Assembly (NCBI GenBank): GCA_026417135.1
Contig: JAOADV010000005.1
Span: forward strand, 43,317 to 107,316
DNA length: 64,000 bases
Source of the DNA: Ignavibacteria bacterium
Lineage (GTDB): Bacteria > Bacteroidota > Ignavibacteria > Kapaibacteriales > UBA2268
Direction: 5' to 3'
Shown: in pieces, positions 17,502 to 28,002 of the stretch
Position numbering within the stretch: the stretch's first letter is position 1
Layout: every line of letters begins with the position of its first letter
Notes under the pieces: model-generated
Told to the model about the DNA's origin: nothing
Seen by the model: the letters and a program-made list of their open reading frames with translations, nothing else
Databases searched by the model: none
Program-made: the position numbers and the translations under genes

Positions 17502-19532
17502 ATGTTTCGAATCCTTATTTTGGTTTTTCTCTCCTCCACAATTATTTTTGGAGGTAGATATCGAATCTTTTTTAAAGACAAAGGAAACGAAGAATTTTAT
17601 CCAAATAGTAGGTTATATATTGACGCTCTCAATTCAATCTCGCAACGAACAAAAGAGAGACGATTGAAAGTCCTACCACAAGAAAATTACATTACTTATG
17701 AAGATGTTCCAATTAATTCACAATATCTCGAAGAATTATCCAGAAGGAATTTAAAAATCTTATTAAAACTGAAATGGCTAAACTATGTCGTGGTCGAAGC
17801 CGATGAAAGTCAAATAAACGAAATCAAAAATTTGCCTTTTATACGACTTGTCCAGCCAATTGGTAACAAAGTTCCAAAAGAATTTACCAATAAGTTAGCT
17901 GTAAAAGATGTTAAAAATTTCATTGCAAATGCTTTTTTTGTCCCAAATTTTAACGATAGCTACTACGGAGAAAGCCTCAACCAGTTGAAAATGTTGGGTA
18001 TCGACAAATTGAACTCACTTGGATTGTTCGGAGACAGCGTAATAATTGGAATAATGGACACTGGATTTAGAGTAAAATCACATTCGGGTTTCGATTATGC
18101 CGATATTTTAAGTGAATACGACTTTCTATATCAAGACTTTACAACAGCAAACGAAGCACAAGATTCTGCTAATCAAGACCTTCACGGAACTATGGTTTTT
18201 TCAATTCTTGGTGGATTAATGCCGGGTAAACTTGTGGGGTCGGCCCCCTTTGCCAGTTTCATTCTTGCAAAAACTGAGACTATCAACGAAGAAACACATT
18301 TCGAAGAAGACTGTTATGCTTCGGCAGTTGAATGGATGGATTCGCTTGGAGTAGATATAATCACTTCTTCGCTTGGTTATATGAAATTCGATTCTTCTGA
18401 ACAAAGCTATTCTTTTTCCGATTTCGACGGTAAAACTACACTGGTTTCGGCTTATGCAAACCGAGCGAATAAGTTAGGAATAGTAATGGTTTCTTCTGCG
18501 GGGAACAAAGGACCATCGGATTCAACTATCCAAGCTCCAGCCGAAGCATTAGGAGTAATGGCAATTGGGGGTGTTAATAGAACTGGGGACACAGTTTTAA
18601 AGTTTTCCTCTCGCGGGCCAACAGCAGATGGAAGAATTAAACCTGACTTCGTTGCTCAAGCTACGAGTGTCGTCAGTTTTGCACCGGGGAAACCCGATAC
18701 CTTAATTTACGGAAGTGGAACATCCGTTGCTTCGCCTTTATTTGCTGGAGGTACTGCTTTGCTTCTTTCTGCTTTCGAAGAACTAACTCCGAACGAAATT
18801 TTATCGAATCTAAAAAAATTTTCAAGTAACAAAGAAAATCCAAACTATTCCTTTGGGTTTGGTATCCCCGACTTTTATCAAACAGCTATATCCCACGATA
18901 TTCTAATTTCCCATCCCATTACATTCCCTTTCGACAACAAACAGCGAGTCGCTTTTAAAATAAAATTTGGACACCCAATCGACTCGGTTTTTCTTTACAC
19001 AAAAAATAGCAAAGAGATTGCCTTTGTTAGACGCTTGATGAATTATTCCGAAGCTGGGGATTACTATTTTACCGATTTACAATCTAATTTTATGTACGAT
19101 ACATTCAATATATTTGTAAAAGTTCAATCGAAAAATGGAACCCAAAGACGAAAACCCTTTAATGAAAACAAATATTTCAGTATTGTTACAAATACAAGGT
19201 CGAAAAACACTTTATTCTTTGGAAATGAAATTCTAAAAGCCTTAGATTTCTCGAATTTAAACAAAAACCCTTTTTCATCAACTCCCTCAACATTTTTAGA
19301 AGGTAAGGAAGAAATAACCTTCGAGCTTTCGACAGACGGGGCTACCGAGTTCGAATTATATTTACTCGATGCTTTGGGGAGAATCGTTTTGAGGAAGAAA
19401 TACCAAAATATTTACGGAAATACCTACATTGGCAAAATTAATATTATAAATCTTCCAAGTGGTCCTTACTCGATATTAATAAAAAAGCAAAATCTTGAAT
19501 ACGAATTTCTAAGATTCTTTAAGATCCGATAA
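17502..19532 (+). CDS. S8 subtilisin-like serine peptidase with T9SS-type C-terminal domain
   Basis: Catalytic triad IMDTG / HGTMV / GTSVASP; SSRGPTADGRIKPD; C-terminal LLDALGRIV...LPSGPYSILI. Confidence 0.92.
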   Translation: MFRILILVFLSSTIIFGGRYRIFFKDKGNEEFYPNSRLYIDALNSISQRTKERRLKVLPQENYITYEDVPINSQYLEELSRRNLKILLKLKWLNYVVVEADESQINEIKNLPFIRLVQPIGNKVPKEFTNKLAVKDVKNFIANAFFVPNFNDSYYGESLNQLKMLGIDKLNSLGLFGDSVIIGIMDTGFRVKSHSGFDYADILSEYDFLYQDFTTANEAQDSANQDLHGTMVFSILGGLMPGKLVGSAPFASFILAKTETINEETHFEEDCYASAVEWMDSLGVDIITSSLGYMKFDSSEQSYSFSDFDGKTTLVSAYANRANKLGIVMVSSAGNKGPSDSTIQAPAEALGVMAIGGVNRTGDTVLKFSSRGPTADGRIKPDFVAQATSVVSFAPGKPDTLIYGSGTSVASPLFAGGTALLLSAFEELTPNEILSNLKKFSSNKENPNYSFGFGIPDFYQTAISHDILISHPITFPFDNKQRVAFKIKFGHPIDSVFLYTKNSKEIAFVRRLMNYSEAGDYYFTDLQSNFMYDTFNIFVKVQSKNGTQRRKPFNENKYFSIVTNTRSKNTLFFGNEILKALDFSNLNKNPFSSTPSTFLEGKEEITFELSTDGATEFELYLLDALGRIVLRKKYQNIYGNTYIGKINIINLPSGPYSILIKKQNLEYEFLRFFKIR

Positions 19533-20318
19533 GTTGTGAATCTTAACTTCTACTTGGGGGAATGGAACTTCTATCCCATTTTTAACCAGTTCATCCCGTA
19601 AAAAGGGTAGTAATCTATTTTTTGTTTGGTACCATTTTTCGGTTGGCGTCCAGAACCGTATATGCACACGAACACTGCTTGATGCAAATTCTTCGACAAA
19701 TATTTCGGGTTCTGGTATGGCTAATACATTTGTTTCCGAATCGAGGTAATTTTTCAAAACTTTGGAAGCTTTCGAAAAATCGTCGGAATAGCGAATGTCT
19801 ATTAAATAATCTATTCTACGAGCAACATTTTCCATTAAATTTATTATAACCGAGTTAAAAACTTGCTCGTTAGGAATGCGGACAAAAGGACCATCGAAAG
19901 AACGAATTACAGTCGAAAGAAAACGAATTTCTTCGACTATTCCAGATATATTCTGAATAGTTAAAGATTGTCCAAGCTTGATTGGTCGCTCAATTATCAA
20001 AAAAATACCCGCAATCCCATTCCCGAGAACTTTTTGAGTAGCAAGACCAACAATGATAGATAAAAATCCACCAGCAACTATCAACCCTTCGAGCTTTACT
20101 CCAAAATACATAAGCGACAGAATGACATAGATAACAACAAAGCCATAAATGATTATTTTAATTAAAAGATTTAGCGACTGCAATGAAATTTTTTCCCGAA
20201 GAATAAACTTTATTTTCCTTGTCAAAAAACTTAAAAGAACTAAGCCAAGAATAAAAATGGATATAATAACAATGAGTTCGATAAAAAACTTTGCCGAGAT
20301 AAAACTTAATTGCTTCAT
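19509..20318 (-). CDS. mscS: Small-conductance mechanosensitive channel
   Basis: Three TM helices, GLATQKVLGNGIAGIFLIIERP, FVRIPNEQVF, GIEVPFPQ; ATGA overlap with upstream DUF432 gene. Confidence 0.92.
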   Translation of the reverse strand: MKQLSFISAKFFIELIVIISIFILGLVLLSFLTRKIKFILREKISLQSLNLLIKIIIYGFVVIYVILSLMYFGVKLEGLIVAGGFLSIIVGLATQKVLGNGIAGIFLIIERPIKLGQSLTIQNISGIVEEIRFLSTVIRSFDGPFVRIPNEQVFNSVIINLMENVARRIDYLIDIRYSDDFSKASKVLKNYLDSETNVLAIPEPEIFVEEFASSSVRVHIRFWTPTEKWYQTKNRLLPFLRDELVKNGIEVPFPQVEVKIHNLSDLKES

Positions 20319-21040
20319 AAGCCAAATTCCATCAGAAACTTGGATTTTGACAAAATTTTTGTTGGGATTAAATCGATACTTTGCGTAGTTTCCGAAATAT
20401 CGGAAGGGGTAAGAAATTCAGTTTCTGCAAACTGGTCCGATATAACTCTGATTCGAGCTTTTGCTTTACATTCATTACCTTTAAAGAAGATTTGTATAAA
20501 AGAAAAGTCAAAAACGGACTTTGTCAAAATTGCACGGACCGAGCTAGTATTTACCACCGAAAGTTCAAGGCAACCCGTTTCGAACAAAGTTTGCGATACT
20601 GGTTCTGTACTAATTTCTGTTTTCCAAAGCCGACAGACAATCCCTTTATGAGAATCCCCATAAAGAGCCAATTTTGTTTTCGACAAATTTAACATATCAA
20701 TATGTGTAACCAATCTTCTATCATTTTGTAGAAAAAAAGACAAAGAAATTGGAAAATCACAGAAACATTGGATTTCGGAATCTGGAAACAAGACCAATGG
20801 ATTATTGAAAAGCAAAAGAAGATAAGTTGTCGAAAAATCCGAAATCAAAGGTTCTGTCGGCTGAATTAAAAGGTTGGTATAATTTAGAACTGGAAGTGTA
20901 AATTTTCTTTCGCTTTCTGGGAGTAAATTTCTTTTGTATATATAAAAATTTGACTCTTTCGTAAATTCAATTTGGAATTTTCCCGAAAAATACTTCTCCA
21001 AAAAAGGGAAACTTCCATAGCTATCCACAAAATGTTCCAT
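20315..21040 (-). CDS. DUF432 domain-containing protein
   Basis: IQPTEP...TYLLL.F..P....P......FPI, KLALYG...KGIVCRLW, C-terminal KFLMEFG match the DUF432 pattern as I recall it; coupled to mscS. Confidence 0.75.
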   Translation of the reverse strand: MEHFVDSYGSFPFLEKYFSGKFQIEFTKESNFYIYKRNLLPESERKFTLPVLNYTNLLIQPTEPLISDFSTTYLLLLFNNPLVLFPDSEIQCFCDFPISLSFFLQNDRRLVTHIDMLNLSKTKLALYGDSHKGIVCRLWKTEISTEPVSQTLFETGCLELSVVNTSSVRAILTKSVFDFSFIQIFFKGNECKAKARIRVISDQFAETEFLTPSDISETTQSIDLIPTKILSKSKFLMEFGL

Positions 21041-21063
21041 CTCGCATATAAAAACTTGGGGAA

Positions 21064-21390
21064 TTATCGGTCGGTATCGAAATCTTCGTCAACATCTTCG
21101 CCAATATCTTCGTCGTCGCCAAAAAGGTCTTCTATATCGTCTTGGGATAGCAATTCTTCGGGGATTTCTTCGATATCATCCTCGAAATCCTTTTGCTCTC
21201 GACTAAAAAACTCATCCTCGTCGATTTCTTCGAGATTTTCCAAGTCCTCGTCGCCAAAAAGCACATTGCTATCGTTAAAATCTTCTGAATCAAAATCCTC
21301 GAATAAGTCTTCGCTACCTTCATCCTTTGGACTGGCTCGATAGCAGAAATCATTGTTACTAAAATATTCATCTCCAAATGTTGTGCTCAT
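21064..21390 (-). CDS. Highly acidic, low-complexity small protein
   Basis: 108 aa with 47 D/E and 5 K/R; ATG start; same strand and 23 bp upstream of the DUF432 gene. Confidence 0.7.
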   Translation of the reverse strand: MSTTFGDEYFSNNDFCYRASPKDEGSEDLFEDFDSEDFNDSNVLFGDEDLENLEEIDEDEFFSREQKDFEDDIEEIPEELLSQDDIEDLFGDDEDIGEDVDEDFDTDR

Positions 21391-21515
21391 AGCTTTAACA
21401 AATTTGTTTCACAAAATAATCAAATTAACTATTATTTGAAAAACAAAATAATAAAAACTTATTATTCAAAACAAAAAACGAATTTTTATTTTGCTCTTCA
21501 GCAAAATAAGCAAAC

Positions 21516-22541
21516 CTATCGGGCCGAGGCAGTTTTCTTTACAAGATTGGGGTCGGTCAACGATTTCAAGAATGATACAATGTATTTAACTTGTTCTTCG
21601 GTTAATTCCTTTCCAATATTAATGGATGCCATAATTTTAACAGCTTCCTCGAGCGAATTGACGCTCCCATCGTGAAAATAAGGATGGGTTAGCTCGATAT
21701 TCCTTAACATTGCAACCTTAAACATAAATTTGTCGGATTCTTGCTTTGTAACCTCGTATCTGCCTAAATCTTTCAAATTATAATATGGTTTGACCAATCC
21801 CATTTTCTGGTAAATATTGCCACCAAAAAGTGGGCCCGTGTGGCAAATTATACACCCAACCTCGATAAATGTTTTAAGTCCTATTTTCTCTTCGTTTGTT
21901 AGAGCATCTTTCTCACCAGCAATCCACCTATCGTATCTAGATTTCGAAACAAGTGTTCTTTCGAAAGCTGCAATTGCATTTGCAATGTTATCAAAGGTAA
22001 TGGGATTTTTTTGGTTTGGGTATGCTTTCTTGAAAAGTTCTTGATATTCGGGTATATTAGAAATAGCCTTTTCGACTTCCTTTTCGTTTGGCATAGCCAT
22101 CTCAAGTGGATTCAAAATGGGTCCTTTGGCTTGGTCTTTCAAATCTGGTGAGCGACCATCCCAAAATTGAACGAACTGAAACCCAGCATTGAAAACAGTT
22201 GGTGTATTTCTTGTTCCAATCCTTCCTTCGATTGCACCCGGTGAAGTTGGAAGATTATCGACCCCAGCCTTGTTGTTAATATCGTGGCAAGTATTGCACG
22301 ACATTGTGTTGTTTACAGAAAGCTTAGTTTCGAAATACAATTTTTTGCCAAGTTCGATAAGCTCGGGTGTGTCGAATTCGCTTCCCGGCATTTTGTTCGG
22401 TAGGATACCAAATATTGTTGCAGATTTTTCGAGGAGTTCTTTTTCTTCTTGTTCGCTCAATTTAGGAACAGAACCTTCCTTATTACCTCCGCAAGCTATA
22501 AAGAATAGGAACAAAAATGATATCAAAACAATTAGTTTCAT
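21516..22541 (-). CDS. Di-heme cytochrome c peroxidase (lipoprotein)
   Basis: Lipobox FIAC; two heme motifs CNTCH and CIICH; RNTPTVFNA, QFWDGR, PYFHDGS. ATG 22541 (track GTG 22547). Confidence 0.94.
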   Translation of the reverse strand: MKLIVLISFLFLFFIACGGNKEGSVPKLSEQEEKELLEKSATIFGILPNKMPGSEFDTPELIELGKKLYFETKLSVNNTMSCNTCHDINNKAGVDNLPTSPGAIEGRIGTRNTPTVFNAGFQFVQFWDGRSPDLKDQAKGPILNPLEMAMPNEKEVEKAISNIPEYQELFKKAYPNQKNPITFDNIANAIAAFERTLVSKSRYDRWIAGEKDALTNEEKIGLKTFIEVGCIICHTGPLFGGNIYQKMGLVKPYYNLKDLGRYEVTKQESDKFMFKVAMLRNIELTHPYFHDGSVNSLEEAVKIMASINIGKELTEEQVKYIVSFLKSLTDPNLVKKTASAR

Positions 22542-22636
22542 TTGCACTTTCCAAATTATTGTAAAACAGAAATATTGAAGTTCAAAAATAAAAAACTTTA
22601 CAAAATCAAATTTAAAAGTTTACCCGAAATTTTATT

Positions 22637-25396
22637 TTACTTTTTCTTATCCTTCTTTTCACTCTTCGAGAGAATCTCTGCACGAGCAGCTGCTAATCTT
22701 GCTATTGGAACTCTAAAAGGTGAACAAGAAACATAATCCAAGCCGATTCGGTGGCAAAATTCAATTGAAGCGGGTTCGCCGCCGTGCTCGCCACAAATTC
22801 CAACTTTTAGATTCTTTTTGACTTTACGCCCATCTTTCACTGCTAATTTCATCAAGAAACCAACGCCATCTTGGTCTATTGTTTCGAATGGGTCGCGGCT
22901 GTAAATTTCTTTTTCAATATATGGGAAAAGAAATCGTGCAGAATCATCCCGACTAATTCCCAAAGTGGTTTGTGTTAAGTCGTTCGTTCCAAACGAGAAA
23001 AATTCAGCAACTTGAGCAATTTCTCGTGCGGTTATAGCACCTCGTGGTATTTCAATCATTGTCCCCACTAAATAATCAAAAGTAACGCCTGTCTCTTCCA
23101 TAACCTCTTTTGCAACCCTTCGAATAATTTCCTCTTGATGTTTTAGTTCCTTGTAGTGTCCAACAAGGGGAATCATAATTTCTGGAAAAGCATCGACACC
23201 TTGTTTCTTAACATTTACGGTTGCTTCGAATATTGCTCGCGCTTGCATTTCAGTGATTTCGGGATAAACAATACCCAAACGACAACCCCTAAAACCAAGC
23301 ATAGGATTGAATTCTTTTAGAGATTCTACTCTTTCGACAACTTTTTTAAGTGGCACGTTCATTAACTTTGCCAATTCCTTTTGGCCAGCTTCGTCGTGTG
23401 GTAAAAATTCGTGCAAAGGTGGGTCAATCGTACGTATTGTAACAGGCCTACTCCCCATAGCCATAAAGATACCCTCGAAATCTTGACGTTGAAATGGAAG
23501 CAACTTTTGTAGTGCTCTTTTTCTATCTTCAACTGTATCTGCCAAAATCATTTCTCGCATCGGTCCAATTTTCCCTTCTCCAAAAAACATATGCTCTGTT
23601 CGGCAAAGCCCAATACCTTCGGCACCAAACGCAACCGCATTTCTTGCCTGGTCAGGTTGGTCCGCATTTGTTCTTACCTTTAATTTTCTATACTTATCTG
23701 CCCATTCCATTATTTGCTTGTAAATTTGATATGTCGGAGCTTGTTCTTCTGGTAAAGACTTTTCTATTAGAACTTGAACAACTTCGCTGGGTTTAGTAGA
23801 AATTTTACCATTGAAAACTTCCCCAGTTGTACCATCAATTGAAATATAATCTCCTTCCTTTAAGACAACATCGGAACCTTCGACTCGCATAGTTCGACTT
23901 TTATAATCGATAATCAATGCCCCACAACCTGCAACACAAACTTTGCCCATTTGCCTTGCTACCAAAGCAGCGTGCGAAGTCATACCACCACGCGAAGTCA
24001 AAATACCTTCGGCAGCGTTCATCCCAGCAATATCCTCGGGGGAAGTCTCGATTCGAACTAAAATTACCTTTTCGCCTCGCTTTGCCCATTCAACAGCATC
24101 TTCGGCACTAAACACAATACGACCACTTGCGGCGCCAGGTCCAGCATTTAACCCTTTTGCCAAAAGTTGACCACTTTCTACTGCTTTTTTCTTTTCATTT
24201 GAATCGAAGATAGGACGAAGAAGTTGATTCAATTGGTCGGGTTCAATTCGCAACAGAGCTTCCTTCGGCTTGATTAGCCCTTCGTTTACCATATCCACAG
24301 CAATTTTTATCGCTGCAAAGGCTGTGCGCTTACCAGCACGGCATTGCAACATAAAAAGCTTACCTTTTTGTATTGTAAACTCTATATCTTGCATTTCACG
24401 ATAGTGCTTTTCAAGTATATCGCGAATTTTCCAAAGTTCATTGTAACTTTTGGGGTCTTTTTCTTTAAGCTGGTCTATTGGTAAAGGAGTTCGAATACCA
24501 GCAACGACATCTTCACCTTGTGCATTCATAAGGAACTCGCCATAAAGAGTATTTTCGCCTGTTGCTGGGTCGCGAGTGAAAGCCACACCAGTTCCACTGT
24601 CTTCACCCAAATTTCCATAAACCATTGCCTGAACATTAACGGCAGTTCCCCACCAGTCTGGAATGTTGTGTAATTTTCGATAAATTACTGCTCGTTGGTT
24701 ATTCCACGAACGGAACACAGCACCAATTGCTCCCCAAAGCTGTTCTTCGGGGTCTTCGGGAAAGTCGACACCAACCCTTTCCTTAATTGCTTGTTTAAAT
24801 TGTTGCACTAAATCCTTAAGGTCGTCGGCATCAAGTTCGACATCGAATTCTACTCCTTTTTGTTTTTTCTTCGCTTCCAAAATTTCCTCGAACGGGTCTA
24901 TATCTTCTTTTGTTTGTGGTTTAAGACCTAAGACAACATCACCGTACATTGCAACAAATCGCCGATAAGCATCGTAAGCAAATCTTGGATTTCCAGTTTG
25001 TTCAATAAGACCTTGCACAGTTACATCATTTAGCCCAAGATTCAAGACAGTATCCATCATTCCGGGCATCGAACTTTTTGCACCAGAACGAACAGATACC
25101 AAAAGCGGGTTTTTAGGGTCACCAAATTTAGCACCCATTACTTGCTCGACTCGTTGCAATGCTTCTTTAACTTGTGAATAGAGTTCCTTTGGGTAGCTTC
25201 CATTGTGTTGATAATAATACGTACACACTTCTGTCGAAATAGTAAAACCCGGAGGCACTGGTAGTCCAAGATTGGTCATTTCGGCAAGATTTGCACCTTT
25301 TCCGCCGAGTAGGTCTTTCATCTTGGCATTGCCTTCGGCATATCCATTACCAAAGAAATAAACAAATTTGGTTGATTTCTTATCTTTTTTACCCAT
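22637..25396 (-). CDS. ppdK: Pyruvate, phosphate dikinase
   Basis: [36 protein letters not shown] phospho-His, GICGEHGG. Confidence 0.98.
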   Translation of the reverse strand: MGKKDKKSTKFVYFFGNGYAEGNAKMKDLLGGKGANLAEMTNLGLPVPPGFTISTEVCTYYYQHNGSYPKELYSQVKEALQRVEQVMGAKFGDPKNPLLVSVRSGAKSSMPGMMDTVLNLGLNDVTVQGLIEQTGNPRFAYDAYRRFVAMYGDVVLGLKPQTKEDIDPFEEILEAKKKQKGVEFDVELDADDLKDLVQQFKQAIKERVGVDFPEDPEEQLWGAIGAVFRSWNNQRAVIYRKLHNIPDWWGTAVNVQAMVYGNLGEDSGTGVAFTRDPATGENTLYGEFLMNAQGEDVVAGIRTPLPIDQLKEKDPKSYNELWKIRDILEKHYREMQDIEFTIQKGKLFMLQCRAGKRTAFAAIKIAVDMVNEGLIKPKEALLRIEPDQLNQLLRPIFDSNEKKKAVESGQLLAKGLNAGPGAASGRIVFSAEDAVEWAKRGEKVILVRIETSPEDIAGMNAAEGILTSRGGMTSHAALVARQMGKVCVAGCGALIIDYKSRTMRVEGSDVVLKEGDYISIDGTTGEVFNGKISTKPSEVVQVLIEKSLPEEQAPTYQIYKQIMEWADKYRKLKVRTNADQPDQARNAVAFGAEGIGLCRTEHMFFGEGKIGPMREMILADTVEDRKRALQKLLPFQRQDFEGIFMAMGSRPVTIRTIDPPLHEFLPHDEAGQKELAKLMNVPLKKVVERVESLKEFNPMLGFRGCRLGIVYPEITEMQARAIFEATVNVKKQGVDAFPEIMIPLVGHYKELKHQEEIIRRVAKEVMEETGVTFDYLVGTMIEIPRGAITAREIAQVAEFFSFGTNDLTQTTLGISRDDSARFLFPYIEKEIYSRDPFETIDQDGVGFLMKLAVKDGRKVKKNLKVGICGEHGGEPASIEFCHRIGLDYVSCSPFRVPIARLAAARAEILSKSEKKDKKK

Positions 25397-25423
25397 ATAA
25401 AGCCTTTAAAATTTAAAAAAAGA

Positions 25424-25453
25424 CAAATTTAAGGAATTTTGAGTAAAACCAAA
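25424..25453 (-). promoter_or_regulatory. Putative Bacteroidetes-type promoter (TTTG-N18-TAAATTTG) upstream of ppdK
   Basis: Plus-strand CAAATTTA at 25424-25431 and CAAA at 25450-25453, 28 nt upstream of the ATG. Confidence 0.45.
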
Positions 25454-25768
25454 ATCAGAGGAAGGCAGTTCAAAAGATAAAAGTACCAAACAGAAATAAG
25501 ATATTTGGTAACAAAGGCGATTGAAACAACCTTTAAAGTAACAATAATTTAAAACTTTTCTGTAGGTTAAACTACAAAGTTTATTTTTGAAATATTACAA
25601 CTTACCGAGAAATTTTCGACCTTATTTAAAAGCAAACAAAGATTGATTAAATTACTCCAAATAAGGTTTTTTTGACTTTATTATCTTTATATACTATGTA
25701 ATTACTTAACGAACGAAAAAGTAAATCGGGAATTTTAACTTTTCAATAAAGTTCTAAGTTTATAGATG

Positions 25769-26287
25769 TTAGTTTTTCTCGGACTCGGTTTCCTCTTCAC
25801 TTGTTCTTTTGCCCAGCTCGCTGTCAATCATCAACAAACCAGCCTTCCAATCGCCAATAATCTTTAACCTTTCGACAACGTCGCCAACTATTGCTTCTTC
25901 TTCGACTTGTTCAGTAATGAACCATTGAAGGAAAACATTAGCAGCGTAATCGTTTTCTTGGATTGATAACCGAGTAAGTTCATTAATGTGAGCTGTTACA
26001 AGCTGTTCGTGTCGAAGAGCATCTTCCATAGCCTCGAGTGGGGAATTCCAGCTGGACGGAGGAGCACTTATTGCTCCAATTTTTACACGTCCTCCCCTTT
26101 CAAGTATATGGTCGAAAAATTTCATAGCGTGAGCCAATTCCTCTTGGGCTTGAATTCTGAACCAATGGGCAAAGCCTTTTAAAAAAATCGAATCGAAATA
26201 TGCCGACATTGAAAGATACAAGTTCGAAGAATACATTTCTCGAACAAGTTGTGCATTGAATTCATTTTGGATAATTTCTTTAATCAT
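25769..26287 (-). CDS. ftnA: Non-heme ferritin
   Basis: EMYSSNLYLSM, QAQEELAHAMK, HEQLVT, FLQWFITEQVEEE ferroxidase residues; GGTGGGA RBS. Confidence 0.95.
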   Translation of the reverse strand: MIKEIIQNEFNAQLVREMYSSNLYLSMSAYFDSIFLKGFAHWFRIQAQEELAHAMKFFDHILERGGRVKIGAISAPPSSWNSPLEAMEDALRHEQLVTAHINELTRLSIQENDYAANVFLQWFITEQVEEEAIVGDVVERLKIIGDWKAGLLMIDSELGKRTSEEETESEKN

Positions 26288-26533
26288 ATCTTCCCACCAT
26301 AAATAAAATGAAAAAAATTCTTAACGATTTAAAATAAATTTTATTAAAAAAATTTTTTCGACACGACAAACTAAATTTAATTTTTCTTCCTATACTTATA
26401 TTAAACAAACAATGTTAACTACAGAATCAATTCGCTACCTTAAAATTGCATTAGGCAAAAACAAAGAAACATCTTTCAGAAAGGATGAAATTGTCTATCG
26501 AAATTTATTTTAAAGATTACTCTAAACTTCAAA

Positions 26534-27925
26534 TCAATTTAAAGGAATTCTTATTATCACTTGGGTGCCGGGTCTACCTTCGCTTGCAAGATATGATGGA
26601 GAGAAAATATTTATCTTTCCATTCAACTTTTTAACAGCTTCGTTAACTAAAGCCATACCAAGCCCCGTACCTTCTATATTTTTCTGCTTAACGAGGGATG
26701 TTCGATAGAATTCACTAAATATTTTCTCAATTTCTTTTTTGGGTATTCCAATTCCATTGTCGGCAACAGAAATGGCAACTTCGTTGTGAAGTTGGTTAAC
26801 GATTAATTCGACTTTTCCGTTCGGTTCGGTATACTTTATCGCATTCGAGACCAAATTTGATATTGCAAGGTTCAACAAATTAAAATTCGTCGAAATCTTT
26901 ACGGGTTGCTCTCCAACATCCAATTTAAAATCAAGGTTTTTGGACGAAGCCATAACACTGAACGATTGGTGAATTTCCTTGCACAAAGCAACCAAATCGA
27001 CCTCTTCTTTCAGGAAAAATTCCTCTGTTAGCTTCATATTGGTTATTTTCAAGATATTATCTATCAAATCAATAGCATTTTTTAAACGAGACTGAATTCG
27101 TTCGATTGGCTTCTTGTAACTTTCTGGCAACTGCTCTATGCTTCCGTCTGCTAACAAATCGACCCAAGTCAAAGCAGCTGATATAGGGGTTTTTAAATCG
27201 TGCACAACAGTCATAACATACTTCGACTTGGATTTTTCTGCTTCTTCCAAGTCCTTGTATGCATAGAAGAGTTCTTTCTCTCTTTCGTAAAGTTTACGAG
27301 CGATTGAATTAGCAAGATAAATTGAGATAAAAACAACTATTGCAAAAGTTACGAAAAAAGTTCCAAGATAGTAACTATCATTATATAATGGATATTTTAC
27401 TATTCCAGTGATTTGGTAATGTGGTATAATCGAATGATACTCCAGTATAGCCCCAGATAAAGACAGTATGATAACTATCGCCATCAATAAACACATAATA
27501 GAACCGGGAAGAATTATGCTTCCAATAATAATATGGAAAATATAAAAGGTTGTAAATGGAGATTCAACCCCACCAGTAAAATAGATTAACAACATCAAGG
27601 CAATAAAATCAACTATTATCTGTAGCAACGAAAAATGAAGGCTGTGCACATTATACTTCTTTGATATTTCGCCAAATTTGTTCCATAAGCGATGAAATAG
27701 AAAATTATAAAGTAAAATGAGTAGCATAATGATAGATATGCTAAGAGTCTGGATTTGAACACCTTCGACGAATTTTTTGACAACTTCTATGCCTATGATG
27801 AAAGAAAAAAGGAGTATTACAGCCAAATATCTTAAGTTTATTAGCCACTTGTTTCGCTTGCGTATTTCTTCCCAAAAGTTTTCATAATGAACACGGTCTG
27901 GAACAAATGTGAAAATACTTTTCAT
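26534..27925 (-). CDS. Membrane-bound sensor histidine kinase (HisKA + HATPase_c)
   Basis: Multi-TM N-terminus; H-box VVHDLKTPI, N-box NLVSNAIKY, DNGIGI, GTGLGM. Confidence 0.93.
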   Translation of the reverse strand: MKSIFTFVPDRVHYENFWEEIRKRNKWLINLRYLAVILLFSFIIGIEVVKKFVEGVQIQTLSISIIMLLILLYNFLFHRLWNKFGEISKKYNVHSLHFSLLQIIVDFIALMLLIYFTGGVESPFTTFYIFHIIIGSIILPGSIMCLLMAIVIILSLSGAILEYHSIIPHYQITGIVKYPLYNDSYYLGTFFVTFAIVVFISIYLANSIARKLYEREKELFYAYKDLEEAEKSKSKYVMTVVHDLKTPISAALTWVDLLADGSIEQLPESYKKPIERIQSRLKNAIDLIDNILKITNMKLTEEFFLKEEVDLVALCKEIHQSFSVMASSKNLDFKLDVGEQPVKISTNFNLLNLAISNLVSNAIKYTEPNGKVELIVNQLHNEVAISVADNGIGIPKKEIEKIFSEFYRTSLVKQKNIEGTGLGMALVNEAVKKLNGKINIFSPSYLASEGRPGTQVIIRIPLN

Positions 27926-28002
27926 AATATCATTCTTTTTCCTATTTTTGAACCTAATTTCAAATTAAAATTAAGAATTTACTTTTATTTTACAAAAATT
28001 GT

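Noticed and set aside
26412-26513. 33-codon plus-strand ORF MLTTESIRYLKIALGK... upstream of ferritin
   Set aside because: No RBS, no recognisable motif, and a length expected by chance.
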